Assembly (NCBI GenBank): GCA_951406725.2
Contig: OX597821.1
Location: 116,808,001 to 116,872,000 of the forward strand
Direction of reading: 5' to 3'
Length of the DNA stretch: 64,000 bases
Source: Octopus vulgaris
Lineage: Eukaryota
The notes under the pieces were generated by a model that was not told the origin of the DNA, searched no databases, and was given only the letters and a program-made list of their open reading frames with translations. Of the stretch, positions 41,126 to 53,880 are shown one piece after another (position 1 is the stretch's first letter; each line of letters begins with the position of its first letter). Position numbers and translations under genes: made by a program.

Positions 41126-43034
41126 GTTACTTTTTCTAAAAACCGTGAGGCTTCTGGGCAGCTGTTCAGTGAGCCTATGCTTTAAGAAAGTACTAGTTTA
41201 TAAAGTTGTGTATATATTTGTTGAGCAACGATAATTATTCAACAGATCAATGAAAACAGCCGTCTGCATTCAGTGAATTTCGTGATAGGTGACTACGCCA
41301 TAGTATTTTTACGTATATTATTCCTCGGGTGGGAAAGAAGGATCGTGGCCTTGGGGTTTAGGGTATTGCTCTCACGATCGCAAGATGAGCAATGTGTTTT
41401 TTTAAGCAGTGCATTCTATTCATTTCCAGATGTTCCCGTCCAATTGGCTCTAAACGAATAACCTTGCGACAGAATGTTACCCCGTTCAGTGGAACTGTTG
41501 TGATCTTGGTCACTTATGCGCCATGGAAATCGGGTAACCGGCCCTATCAGTCCTAGGATTCGAAACGGTAATATTTAGGATGAGGATTATGTTGATGATA
41601 GTGATGGTGATAATGTACCAAGGGGAGCGGAGTTGACTCTTTATGTCGGAATGTAAAAAAAAAAACTGGAAAGATGAAGTAGAAATGGAACGGGGATAGA
41701 ATTTCCAAAGCGTTTATATTAATCTGGAATGTTCATGTTTACCGGTTCTACTGCAGTCAGTTGTATATTACTATGGGTTTGTTCCATCACTGGCAGCTGT
41801 TGCCGTACAATAGCAGCGATACTGGTAAAACGAAATGGCTTGTAAAATTATCAAAGCAACTGTCATTCTCTTTAAATTTATTTCGGCTTTGTTACTCTCC
41901 CATCTCCCTCTCACTCACTCTCCCTCTGTCCCTCCTCTTTCTCTACTTTTCCCTCTCTTTCACTCTTTCACTTTCTCCTTGTTCATTCTTTTCTCCATCC
42001 CTTTTTCCATGTCCTTCTCTTTTCTAAGCTCTTTTCCTTTCCCCTTTCTTTCCATTATTTTCTGCATGCTTGCTTTGTTACAGAAGTTATATTATTATTT
42101 TTTTTTCTCCGAAAACCTTTCAACCAAATTCTTTTGCCTCACTAACTTTCTTTCGTTCTTCTGTTCACGTTTCCTTCTCTGCTCCCGTTTTGAATCCTCT
42201 TGTTCCTCTATATTTTATTTCATATGTATCTATTTTAAATTCACCATCATCCTCTCCTCTTCATCTCTCCGTAACATTTGTACTCTCTCCTTGCCGACTT
42301 CCTACACATCTTTCGTTGACTTCAAACCTACACATTTGATTCGTCTACATTGTTTTCTTATATTTGACTTCTGTCCTTTCCTCCTCCTTCCATTTCCACT
42401 TCATATTGATAAAGCAGACGATAGGAAGAGAAAAGAGGAAAAACAACATTTTAAATGTGACGTCACGCTCTTTAATTGTCTGTACAAGGAGTGACGACTT
42501 TGTCCTATGGATCACACCTGGTTTTTTATTCATAGCAAGCGATCTATTTTTCTTTTAAACTTTTCTGCAATTTTCTGCAAACTTTCAAGGGGGAGGGACG
42601 AGTCCATGACCATTATAACTTGCTGTTGAAAGCAATAATATAAAAGTGTGAGGAGAAAGTATGTCAGTTTTGTTCTATACGTTCAGTTGTGTAACTGGGT
42701 GGGAAAAATGAGGAGTGGTTCATCTCTCCATCCTACACATCGAAATGAAATGAAAATGTATTCTGTTTAGAATAGTTCCCGGGTGCATAAACAAACACGA
42801 TTCAACGACAGAAGCTCTATGCGGTCGTTCACCATGCTAAGAATAACAGCTAAACTTCTGTCAAATTACACCCTACCGTATTAGAAAAACACACGATGGA
42901 TAATGTGTTGTTTGGTGAACATGTGCCTGCGAAAACGACGTGATTGTCACAGTTGGAATGCGTTTGATCGTAGGTCTGCTCTATCAGGGATGACCTGGAG
43001 TTAAGCAACAATCGCAACAATAATATATAAACAA

Positions 43035-43760
43035 ATATTAGGTGATATAATTGGCGATACTTTAAATGACTAAGAAGTTATTTCAATGACTAAATGATAT
43101 GAAGCGAATTTACTTCACACAGCAGTGTGAGACTCTTTTATTTTCATCATATTCCTTGAATGTTTACTAAGGAAAGCACTGGACTCAAAAAATCACTTAG
43201 GTTTGACTCTCTCACTGAGAATAAAAGGTAATAGATATCCTGTCAAGAAAATTACAGATGTAGATTATACCAACGATCTGACAATAATCGATAATCATAT
43301 GAAAGCTGCCAATGTCCTCCTACATGATCTGGAGAAAATGCCAGTGAAATCGACTATTTATCATTGCTGGTAAAACAGAATATGTCTTACAATCAAGAGG
43401 GAACTGAAGAAGAAATCAAAATTAGAGAACTACAAATATCTTAAAAGTCATATCTCCAAATCTAAGAGTGATATAGAAATCAGGTTTAGCAAAGCATGGA
43501 TGGCACTTAACTGGTTAAGATATGAGAATCCAAACTTCCACGAAAAATTAAACTAGATTTCTTTAGAGTTACATTTGAATCAATTTGAGATTATGGTTCA
43601 ATATGGACATTTACAGAGCCCCCCCCCAAAAAAAAAAATCTGAATAGCACGTATACCAGAATATATTATGGCGTCAACACATGACGAATAAAAAGAGTTA
43701 TTCCAGGATATGCCAAATACCATAAAGACAATACGAAAGATCAGTCTGAGAAAAGGGAAA
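43035..43760 (+). mobile_element. Degraded RTE-type LINE RT fragment
   Basis: RYPVKKITDVDYTNDL (Y-A-D-D region), NYKYLKSHISKSKSDIEIRFSKAWMAL and KLDFFRVTFESI, with many frameshifts. Confidence 0.7.
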
Positions 43761-44858
43761 AGAAAGAGACTTCTTATTTTCTTTCTTATATTTAGTATTG
43801 GTTTCAAATTTTGGCACAAGGCCAGAAATTTTGGGTGAGGGGTGTAAACCAGTTATATCAACCCCCAATACTCAACTGGTACTTATTTTATCGACCCCGA
43901 AAGGCAAAGTCAACCTCGAAAGGCAAAGTCGAACTCAGTGGCATTTGAACACGAAGATGGACGAAGTGCCACTAAATATTTCATCTGGCGTGCTAACGAT
44001 TCTGCTAGCTCTCCACCTTTCTTATATTTGCTATTATAAGCCTATTGGTTTTGCCCGTTACGTATCACAATTTTATTCCTATATTTACTTACTGCTTCTT
44101 CCCTATATTAGCAACATGAAATTCTTGTTCGTCGCACCTTATAAGAGCACACCTTTTCATGCAAGTCTGACGAAGTGCCACTCCAATGTAGTTAACCGTA
44201 AATATTGAGCAACAGCAAGGTCAGGGATCTCATCAGAGGCTACTTGTTCCATGGTCGAGTGGTCGGCGACTAAATCGGCTACCCCTCTGGAGTAGCTTGC
44301 TACTCTTGTGAGGAGGGTCTCCGGACACCTAGCTGGACTAAAAACAAGACCTGTCGAAGGGCAGATGACTTTCTTGTGTGCCAACGGACACCAAATTGGG
44401 GAAGATAGTGGCAAACCACTTCAGTATGTCTGTCAAGAAAATGTTATGAGAAAGTCAGAACGAAGTAACGCTATGGCTTTCATCCGTTGGGAGAACTTGC
44501 GTTTAATCGGGAAGACTTTTGTTGTAGTGTCATCAACGCTCAGCAAAAGCGTTCGATACATGACGACAACGAAATATCAAGTAAATTTTTGCGTAAAATC
44601 ATTTTATAAAAACGGGGCGGTACTGAAACGATTGTAAGTAATAACAGAAATGCGCTGAAATTCATTCTTCGTGTCCTTATTTGGATTACATGTTGCTATT
44701 CATAAGACCCATATATATGTGGCAGTCCCATGAAGGGAATAATACTACTTCTATTTAGCCCTAGGAAGCTGCACTGCTTCCTATCGGCCTTGACACATTT
44801 CCTGTGTCCTTATGTTTATAAGGGGGAGATAAGCACTCCCACCCAGCTAAGCCAGCAC

Positions 44859-44899
44859 CCGGAGACTAGTTTCTGAGCCACTGCTAGTCTTCAGTCTGG
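44859..44899 (-). ncRNA. Minimal type-I hammerhead ribozyme (left arm)
   Basis: ccaga-CUGAAGA-cu-agc(agug)gcu-ca-GAAA-CUAG-UC-uccgg. Confidence 0.68.
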
Positions 44900-45050
44900 A
44901 GTAGCATGGTTTCCTAGTTGGAGATGTCTATCTAGAGAGATTTAGAAATGTATTATTTCTATTCTTGAAATCAGTGAATGTATTTCACTAGAATTCATAT
45001 ATGTTTACAGGGACTAGACAAGCATCTCCAACTAGCAGGCCATGCTACAG

Positions 45051-45089
45051 CAGACTGATGACGAGGGAAGACTCAGAAACTAGTCTCTG
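45051..45089 (+). ncRNA. Minimal type-I hammerhead ribozyme (right arm)
   Basis: caga-CUGAUGA-c-gag(ggaaga)cuc-a-GAAA-CUAG-UC-ucug. Confidence 0.75.
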
Positions 45090-45427
45090 GGTCCAGGCTT
45101 AGCTGGGTGGAGGTTCTTGTCTCCCCCTTGTAAACATAAGGACACAGGAAATATGTCAAGGCTGACAGGAAGTGGTGCTGCTTCCTAGGGCTAAATAGCA
45201 GTAGTATTATTCCCTTCATGGGACTGTCATATTAAGTTGACAGCATACAACTACTTTATATAGTTGAGCTTTTGGGGCTTTTGCTCAATAAACATTCACA
45301 ACGCCCGGTCTAGGAATCGAAACCGTGATCCCACGACCGTGAGTCCGCTGCCTTAACCACTGAGCCATTGCGCCTCCACATGTAACCAATAAGAAGACGA
45401 GATCATTATGACTGCAATGATCATAAA

Positions 45428-45835
45428 GGGCGGCGAGCTGGGAGAATCGTTAGCACGCTGGACGAAATACTTAGCCGTATTTCGTCTACCGTTACGTTCT
45501 GAGCTCAAACTCCGCTAAGGTCGACTTTGCCTTTCATCTTTTCGGGGTCGATAAATTAAGTACCAGTTACGCACTGAGGTGATGTAATCAACTTAATCCG
45601 TTTGTCTGTCCTAGTTTGTCCCCTCTGTGTTTAGCCCCTTGTGGGTAGTAAAGAAATAGGATTTCGTCTGCCGCTACGTCCTGAATTCAAATTCCGCCGA
45701 GGTCGACTTTGCCTTTCATTCTTTCGGGTCGATTAAATAAGTACCAGTTACGTACTGGGATCGATGTAATCGACTAAATCCCTTTGACTGTCTTTGTCTC
45801 CTCTATGTTTAGCCTCCTGTGGGCAATAAAGAAAT
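45428..45835 (+). mobile_element. SINE-B plus a tandem 5'-truncated second copy
   Basis: Two consecutive cores and tails. Confidence 0.88.
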
Positions 45836-46019
45836 GGATATCTTTGATCATAAGTCCCTGGTTACGACACTGAGTGTTCCAGTTGATCCAATCAACGGAA
45901 AAACCTACTTGTGAAATTAGCGTGCAAGTGGCTGAGTACTCCACAGACACGTATTCTTAACGTAGTTCTCAGAGAGATTCAGCATGGCACAGAATGTTAC
46001 AATGCTGACCCTTTCAATT

Positions 46020-46323
46020 ATGTTGTTTGTTCCTTCTCGAGCCACGCCTGGCTCATAAGAGCCGATTTCCCGTTTTCTTTGGTGTATAGGTTCCTCACCT
46101 GGACGGAACGCCGGTCCGTCGCTGGTGAGCTGCAAGATGCAGGAGGAAAGAGTGAGAGAAAGTTGAGGCGAAAGAGTCAGCAAAAGTTCGCCATTACCTT
46201 CTGTCGGGACTGCGTGGAGCTTAGGTGTTTCGCTCATAAACACATACATCGCCCGGTCTGAGATTCGAACCCGCGATCCCTCGATCGCGAACGCTGCTCT
46301 AACCACTAGCCCATGTGCCTCCA
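46020..46323 (-). mobile_element. SINE family C, tail 3 (adjacent tail-1 fragment at 45860-46018)
   Basis: Homologous to 39556-39866. Confidence 0.85.
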
Positions 46324-46675
46324 ATTTCAATTATAGGCACATATAATAATAATTGCATTTAGGATACACCACCCAAAATCTAACATAGGTTATATTTACG
46401 ACAAATATAAGATGGCTCCGACTTTATCCTCTGAAGGTCTGAAAGTACAAACAATTTAGCATTAAATTCAACTTACAGGTATAACTTCTTTTTGCCAGCA
46501 GAGTGAACTGGAGAAACGCGAAATAAAGGGATTTGTTGAGGGACATAACGTGCCGCCATGAATTGAACACACGACCTAACGATCTTGAGCCGAACACCTT
46601 AACCGCTGAGCCACACACCTTCACCTGATCATAAATCTCACTGGATCCTTGGATGGCTTCAGGCAGCATCAACAG

Positions 46676-47060
46676 TGGAGGTGCAATGGCCCAGTGGTTA
46701 GGGCAGCGGACTCGCGGTCAGAAGATCGCGGTTTCGATTCCCACACCGGGCATTGTGTGTGTTTATTGAGCGAAAACACTTAAAGCTCCACGAGGCTCCG
46801 GCAGGGAGTGGTGGCGACCCCTGTTGTACTCTTTCGCTCCAACTTTCTCTCACTCTTTCTTCCTGTTTCTTGTCCCCGACGTCCTACGCAACCGCTGAGC
46901 CTGGATGCGCATTCATCCATCCGTCGATGCTCTCGGTGTCGGGGGTTGACCTGCTTTCTCTTTTGCGGGTCTTACGAATAGCAAAGGACCACGTTGCGGA
47001 CTTCTCCCACTAATGGGACGAAGACCGCTACGCTCAACAGCAACAGCAACAACAACAATA
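46676..47060 (+). mobile_element. SINE family C, tail 2
   Basis: Same head as tail-1 copies, diverging after cttcctgtttct; ends cgctcaacagcaac. Homolog at 57192. Confidence 0.88.
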
Positions 47061-47493
47061 ACTATACTTTTGAAGTCATTTCTTTTTGTTGTTTGAACAA
47101 GCTGAACAGCAATGAAAGAAAAAAACTAATTTTCTAAATATATTTACTGTGCAACAGCGGAAATGCTCTGATACAAAGCGCCATCTGCTGCACTCCTACC
47201 AATGGAACTAGCGCGAGGGTGTGTCTGCTTATGAATATATGCAGCAGTGTGTGTGTGTGGGGGGGGTGTTTGTGTGTGTTTGTGTGTGTGTAGATATCGT
47301 AGGCGCACGTTTGTTCGTGTGAGTTCGTATCTCCATGTGCACCAACGTATCTCAGCGCATCAGTGAAAACATGGGTTGTGTGTGTATGTATGTATGTATG
47401 TATGTATGTATGTATGTATGTATATATGTACACACACATACACACATTATATACACACACAGATACACTCACAGATATACTCGCGTATCTATG

Positions 47494-47525
<32 letters not shown>

Positions 47526-47573
47526 CATAAATTTATTCATGTATGTGTGCGTGTGTATGTGTACATATATAAA

Positions 47574-47638
<65 letters not shown>

Positions 47639-47989
47639 GCGCGCGCGCATATATTCACCTCAGTACACATTCGCTACTCATTCTCTCTCTCTTTCTCTCT
47701 TTTTCTCTTTCCCTTTCTTGTCTCTCTTTCTCTCTCTCTCACACACATACACACCTTCATATATACACATCCACACTCCCATAAAATCAGCATTGTACTT
47801 ATACAAATATTTTCAGAGACAGTCGAATAATAAATTAATCTCCTGTTATCGGTAACTTTACCCGTTCGTTACTGTTGCTGAGCGGTGAGAATGTAGGCGA
47901 TAATAAGAACAATCAAAACAATCCTTTCTATTATCGGCACAAGGTCAGCAATTTTAAGGCCACGTGCCTTAATTAATCCTAAAAAAAGA

Positions 47990-48650
47990 AAGGAATTATG
48001 AAAACTGATAATCGTAACTTCATTAGAAGAGAAATATTACAAGACTTTGTTTCTCCATTCTTTTTCTAACAACTTCAACCAACATGTTAAACCAGACCAA
48101 ACTAGAATACAAACGCTACTGAAAGAAATTAAAAGCACCTTTTGTATACAAATATTCTATGCTGTAGATAATAACTAACTAGAAACTCTGCTGCAGACAA
48201 TATATGGATTTATTCGAGCAACTGAGATTTGAAGCGGAAAAATGCTCAAGGTAACCGAGAAAAAAGAAGGGAAATTAATTCAGCACACAAATATTGTGCT
48301 AGATAAGCAAAGAGATAGAAGAGAATTAGACGAAGCACAGACCAAAAGATACTTGGAATCATAGAATCAGACACTATATAATATACACAAGTGAAAGAAA
48401 ATGTTTAGCAGGAATATTGATACATTTGATGAATATTTAAAACAAAGCTGTATTCTACAAATAAGAAACAGGTGTTAATACATTAGCTGTCCCAGTAATA
48501 AGTTATAGTCATGATATTCTTAACTTGATGCTAAAGGAACTAAGAAGACTAAGGTGTAAAACAGAAAATAATGATTGCGTTTAGAATACACCACCCAAAA
48601 TCTAATATAGATTATATTTACGGCAAATATAAAATGACTCAGACTTTATC
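47990..48650 (+). mobile_element. Degraded R4/Dong-type RT fragment
   Basis: Remnants YLGIIESD, NTLAVPVISYS and HHPKSNID. Confidence 0.65.
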
Positions 48651-49071
48651 CTCCGAAGGTCTAAAGCTACAAATAATTTAGCATTAAATTCAACGATTAT
48701 TCAAATGCTTTTTAGTACACATTTATGAAACTTTTACAAGAAAATAATTGACAGTGAATTCGATGTTTCGGATTTTTCACCTTTTTCAAATAGTCTTACA
48801 AAAGCAAGCAAGCGGAAATGTTACATTTTAAAAAGTTTTGTCTCTGTAAGGCGTGGTAAGAAGTTTGCTTCCCAACCACATGGTCCCTGGTTCAATCCCA
48901 GTACGTGGCATATTGGGTAAGTGTCTTCTACTATAGCCTCGGGTCGATTAAAGCCTTGTGAGCGGATTTGGGTGACGGAAACTGAAAGAAGCCTGTCGTA
49001 TATACTATATACGTTCTTGATCCTCAGACAGAAGTAAACTGTTTTACTTCAATTTTTTATAAATTTTTACT

Positions 49072-49111
49072 GATATTTGATAAGATGAGTTACATCGAAA
49101 CCGGTAATATT
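49072..49111 (+). ncRNA. Minimal hammerhead motif, U3-A8 core variant
   Basis: gauau-UUGAUAA-gaug(aguua)cauc-GAAA-CCGG-UA-auauu. Confidence 0.68.
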
Positions 49112-49424
49112 TTCTTTATGTAATTTTAAACCCATTTCTATTAAATTCCCTCTTAAATTAAAATGTCTTAGACTTACTTCTATGCTATTTCCACTTATAT
49201 AGATACTATACATATATACATTATTATTAATTTAATATATTATTTTCCAATGAATTTTTATAGCATGCTGACTACTTGATAAAAATCATTAACGTGAATT
49301 TTATCCTTATATTCTTTTATGAATTAATATACATATATATATATATATATAATATATATGAGTCTTTCAACACAAATATGTGTGTGCGTGTATACACTTA
49401 CACACATACACATATATACAGACA

Positions 49425-49510
<86 letters not shown>

Positions 49511-49516
49511 CATACA

Positions 49517-49552
<36 letters not shown>

Positions 49553-49569
49553 TATGTATACATATATAC

Positions 49570-49632
<63 letters not shown>

Positions 49633-51955
49633 CGTACATGTATAAATGCATGTATGTGTGTGTGTGTGTGTGTGTGCCTTGCGTGTACATGTGTTTGTGT
49701 GCACCACAATGTTGTGTAAGATGTGTGATAGCTGTGAAATTGTTTACTGCTGGGTGTTGGGTCCGCGGGTCTTGTTACAATAGACGTGATTATGTCACAT
49801 AATCTTAGCGGGAACGCATGGTATCTGGTTCTGAATATTAATGAGGTCGTCATCGTCAGCTGCTTTGGCTAATTAACAGTCAAGCAATAGGTTTACTTCT
49901 CATCTGGTTGAAGTGAAAACCACATCAAAGACAGTCGCCCTGTTTGTCTGTTTATCGTATTTGTTCGTCTGAACGTCTGCTGCCTCCTGCTTATATGTTT
50001 CGATTCCTTGGTCTTTTCCCGTTTCACTTTATTCGTTGTCTATCGCTTGTTCATCCTATTTTCGTTGTATTCAAATCTACAAACACATCAGCACACACTT
50101 GTATATTGTTGTGCGTAAACACGTTTGGTTTGTCTTGTTTGCTTGTATGTATGTTTGATTTTCCTCTTCTTGAAATAGTCTTAGTTTGACTGACCGTCTG
50201 CTTGGTAGTAAGGCTGCGAAAGAAAGTATTTTGTTTTAAAACTTAAGAAAGTGTAACAAAAAGGAAAGTGGGAAGACGATATCACATTGGCTAGGATAGT
50301 GTGTATGTAAGAAGGTTCAGATATAAGTGTTTATTTGGATGCAAAGATAAATTTCACGGGGCAGTGTTTTTTGGGGGGTTTTTTTGCTTTTTTTATGCGA
50401 ATAAACATCTGAGTTTATTCCGTGGTCACACATAAAGCAACAGACATATCAGAGGTGTAAGTGTTCAAGGCAACAGGGTGTAGCGAGATATGAGATAATT
50501 TCGGTACTTGGCTACAAATCTAAAATAACTATAGATGGTCGTCCTCTCACGTTGTGAAACCATCTAATGACTCCGTTCAGAAGGCTGGAATAATAATTTG
50601 TATGTACCAGAGGGGAAAGAGAAAGACACAACCGAGTAGAATGTTTAAGAGGATATTTATCGATAGATTAACATGAGTGTCTGTGTGTGTGCGTCATGTA
50701 TACAGAATAACACTGTATACAAAGTACAGAATAGCACTGTTTGTGAATTACTTCACCATGATTAACAGCGAATATACAACCTGCGAGAACTCCTGTACAA
50801 GTGACCCAGGCTGCAGCATTACAGCCACAACTTCACGTACGACAAGTACGTCATGTATACAGAATAACAGATCTTATCGACTGGCCCTCTCCCCCAAAAT
50901 TTCGGGCCTTGTGCCTTGAGTAGAAAACAGTCGTTAGTACGCCGGGCGAAATACTTAGCGGTATTTCGTCGGCCGTTACGTTCTGAGTTCAAATTCCACC
51001 GTGGTCGACTTTGCCTTTTATCCTTTCGGGGTCGATTAAATAAGTACCAGTTATAATCGACTTAATCCCTTTGTCTGTCCTTGTTTGTCTCCTCTGTTTA
51101 GCACACAGTGGGCAATAAAGGAAAATATATATGTACATACGACGGGCTTATTTCAGTTTCCGTCTACCAAATCCAAGCTGATAACACTCGCCGAAGGTGC
51201 CACGTAGTGGAACTGAACCCCGAACCATGTGGTTGGGAAGGAAACCTCTTACCTCACAACCACACCCGCACCTATTATCTATTTATTTATCCTGAAAGAA
51301 AAAAATCTATAGCTTTTTAAACCTTTCAATACATTGCCGGCAACGTAAATGGGTGGAGTGTCGCAGGAGGACAGCATTCCCTTTCGTTTCAGCCGACACA
51401 GTTCGGTGATGTTACTTATAACGTCCAAAACCCGCTTCTTGCCAAATCTCACTCTCATGTACTTTAGCGTACCCTCTAGTTCTTAAAACACCCCCCCCCC
51501 CCATTACTGCTCATGATCATTATTCAACATAACATGAAATAAGGCAAACAAAACGCATGGCAAGATATCGACCAGAATATTTTCGATCTGTAGTAGACTA
51601 CTTTGTTTAAAGCTTTCGTTACTCGACCTTTTCGATCTATATTCAAAGTAGGCCAGACGGAAAGTGGGCAATAGTTTCCATTGTGTCTACCAAATTAACG
51701 TTGATAATAGATATCAATGTCATAGATGTGTTTTTTTTTATGCTGCGTAACATACATAAATACGATATTTAATGTTTGAGAACTTTCGTCGATACAATTT
51801 ACACCTCCGAAAACGTAAAATTTCATTCAAAAACATGAATTATTAAGATTATTATGAAAAACAAAGTCGGGATGTGTGAACACCAAACTGTGATTATATC
51901 ATCATCATCATCATCGTCGTCGTCGTCGTTGTTGTTGCTGTTACTGTTATTATTG

Positions 51956-52029
<74 letters not shown>

Positions 52030-52541
52030 GAGTGAGAGAGCAGTGCATGCCATCAAAGTGATACTGGGGTAAAATATACGAAGCCCAGTATACCCATCAT
52101 GACTACCCGTCTGATAAGGGTACAACAGGCACATGCATCACAACCATATGTGCGCGACATGGTGATCTCATATCAAGATAAACAGCACATGACCTTGCAG
52201 GTGGGGCCCAGTTAGAATTTTCTTCAGGTCGAGTAGCCCATCCCGCTCAAAAGGTCCCTGAATAAGGGTTGTTTAAGGATGTTGAACGAAACACCAATGT
52301 TTCCAGAGGTGAATTATTCAAACCCCAAAGAATCCCTCTCAACACATGGCTATGATGCTCCCCCACTACTTCTGCTCGTGATCAGAGATGCACATATCGT
52401 CAGCCACTAAGGGACATGCTCAACTGGTTATGGTCAAACAACTGACAAGCAAATCTGTGGTATTGAGCAGAATATTTGCTGTAGCCCATCTTTTATACCA
52501 AGACAAAACAATGTACATGATAACACTTCCAATCAGTTAAG
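52030..52541 (-). mobile_element. About 510-bp non-coding repeat embedded in (TAA)n
   Basis: A second copy at 53401-53880 has the same terminus (tta)n-gagtgagagagcagtgcatgcc. Confidence 0.8.
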
Positions 52542-52591
<50 letters not shown>

Positions 52592-52841
52592 GACAGCGAT
52601 TTAAGGCAGCGAAACTGGCAGAATCATTGGCACACCAAGCAAAGTGTTTTGCGGCATTTCGTCCGTCTTTGCGTCCTGCGTTCAAATTCTGGCGAGGTCG
52701 ATTCTGCCTTTTGTCCTTTCGGGGTCGATGAAATAAGTACCAGTTACGCACTGGGGTCGATGTAATCGACTGTCCCTCTCCCCCCAAAATTTCAGGCCTT
52801 CTGCTTATTATAGGATGAATTATTAAGTCAGCGATCTGGCA

Positions 52842-53008
52842 CAGGGCCGGCACAAGGTACCGGCACTTCGGGCAGTCGCCCGGAGCACCATGTGCTTCTT
52901 AGTCTACATTTTCAGTTTTTCCCCTTGTGAAAGTTTCAAAAAATTATACTTGTAAGGGCACCGAAGTCCAGCTTGCCCGGGGCGCCAGCAACTCTAAGGC
53001 CGGCCCTG
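52842..53008. mobile_element. hAT-type MITE inserted in a SINE-B head
   Basis: TIRs cagggccggc / gccggccctg; 8-bp TSD atctggca / atgtgaca (6/8). Confidence 0.8.
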
Positions 53009-53177
53009 ATGTGACATTATCGCTAGCGGCACTTCGTCCGTCTTTACGCTCTGAGTTCACATCCGGAGTCGGCAAAATAAAGTACCAGTTGAGTAATTGC
53101 GTTGATGTCATCAGTTAGTGCCCTGCCCCAAAATTTCAGGCCTTGTACCAAAACAAGAAAGGATTCTCGTTATTATT

Positions 53178-53355
53178 ATCTTTTGAATTTCTGCCATTTT
53201 TGGGGTTTCCTGGTATCTGAGTTAGGTAACGATCAGCCCCTTTTGCTATCATTCCCAGAGCACCTATGACAACAGGTATTGTTTTAGTCTTCAGGTTCCA
53301 CATTTTGCTGATTTCTATTTCAAGATCTTTATATTTTCTCAGTTTTTGGTAGGTC

Positions 53356-53357
<2 letters not shown>
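53178..53357 (-). mobile_element. R4/Dong-type LINE C-terminal endonuclease fragment between (TAA)n tracts
   Basis: KTYQKLRKYKDLEIEISKMWNLKTKTIPVVIGALGMIAKGADRYLTQIPGNPKMAEIQK. Confidence 0.82.
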
Positions 53358-53400
<43 letters not shown>

Positions 53401-53880
53401 GAGTGAGAGAGCAGTGCATGCCATCAAATGGGGTAAAATATATGAAGCCTAGTATATCCATCACGGCTACCCTTCTGATAAGGGTACACCAGGCACATGC
53501 ACCACAACCATATGTATGCGACATAGTGATTTCACATCAAGATAAATAGTGCATGACCTTGCAGGTAGGGCCTAGTTAGAATTTTCTTCAGGTCGAGTAG
53601 TCCATCCCCAACAAAAGGTTCCTGAATAAGGGTTGTTTAAGGATGTTGAACGAAATAACTATGTTTCCAAAGGTGAATTATCCAAACCCCAAAGAATTCC
53701 TCTCAACATATGGCCACTACTTCTGCTCGTGATCAGAGATGCACATATTATCAGCCATTAAGGGACATGCTCAATTGGTTAAGATCAAACAACTGACAAG
53801 CAAATTTGTGGTACTGAGCAGATTTGTTGTAGCCTATCTTTTATACCAAGACAAAACAAGGTACAGCTAAGATTAGAAGC
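53401..53880 (-). mobile_element. Second copy of the (TAA)n-associated repeat
   Basis: Colinear with 52030-52541, with small deletions. Confidence 0.8.

Larger units (their letters stand above)
44718..45231. mobile_element. Fold-back element with ~210-bp inverted arms, each carrying a hammerhead motif
   Basis: tgtggcagtcccatgaagggaataatactac...ttggagatg / catctccaa...gtagtattattcccttcatgggactgtcata. Confidence 0.9.

Noticed and set aside
41738-41832. Possible miRNA or structured-RNA hairpin
   Set aside because: Pairing is short and interrupted, and no known mature miRNA is recognised.
41835-42494. 219-aa hydrophobic ORF
   Set aside because: It arises from pyrimidine-rich low-complexity sequence and has no domain or exon signals.
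46676-46750. tRNA genes (here and at other A/B-box heads)
   Set aside because: The heads run directly into SINE bodies and lack a proper acceptor stem.
47178-47192. CTCF-like motif gcgccatctgctg (similar at ~12706)
   Set aside because: Isolated partial motif matches are expected by chance, with no supporting context.
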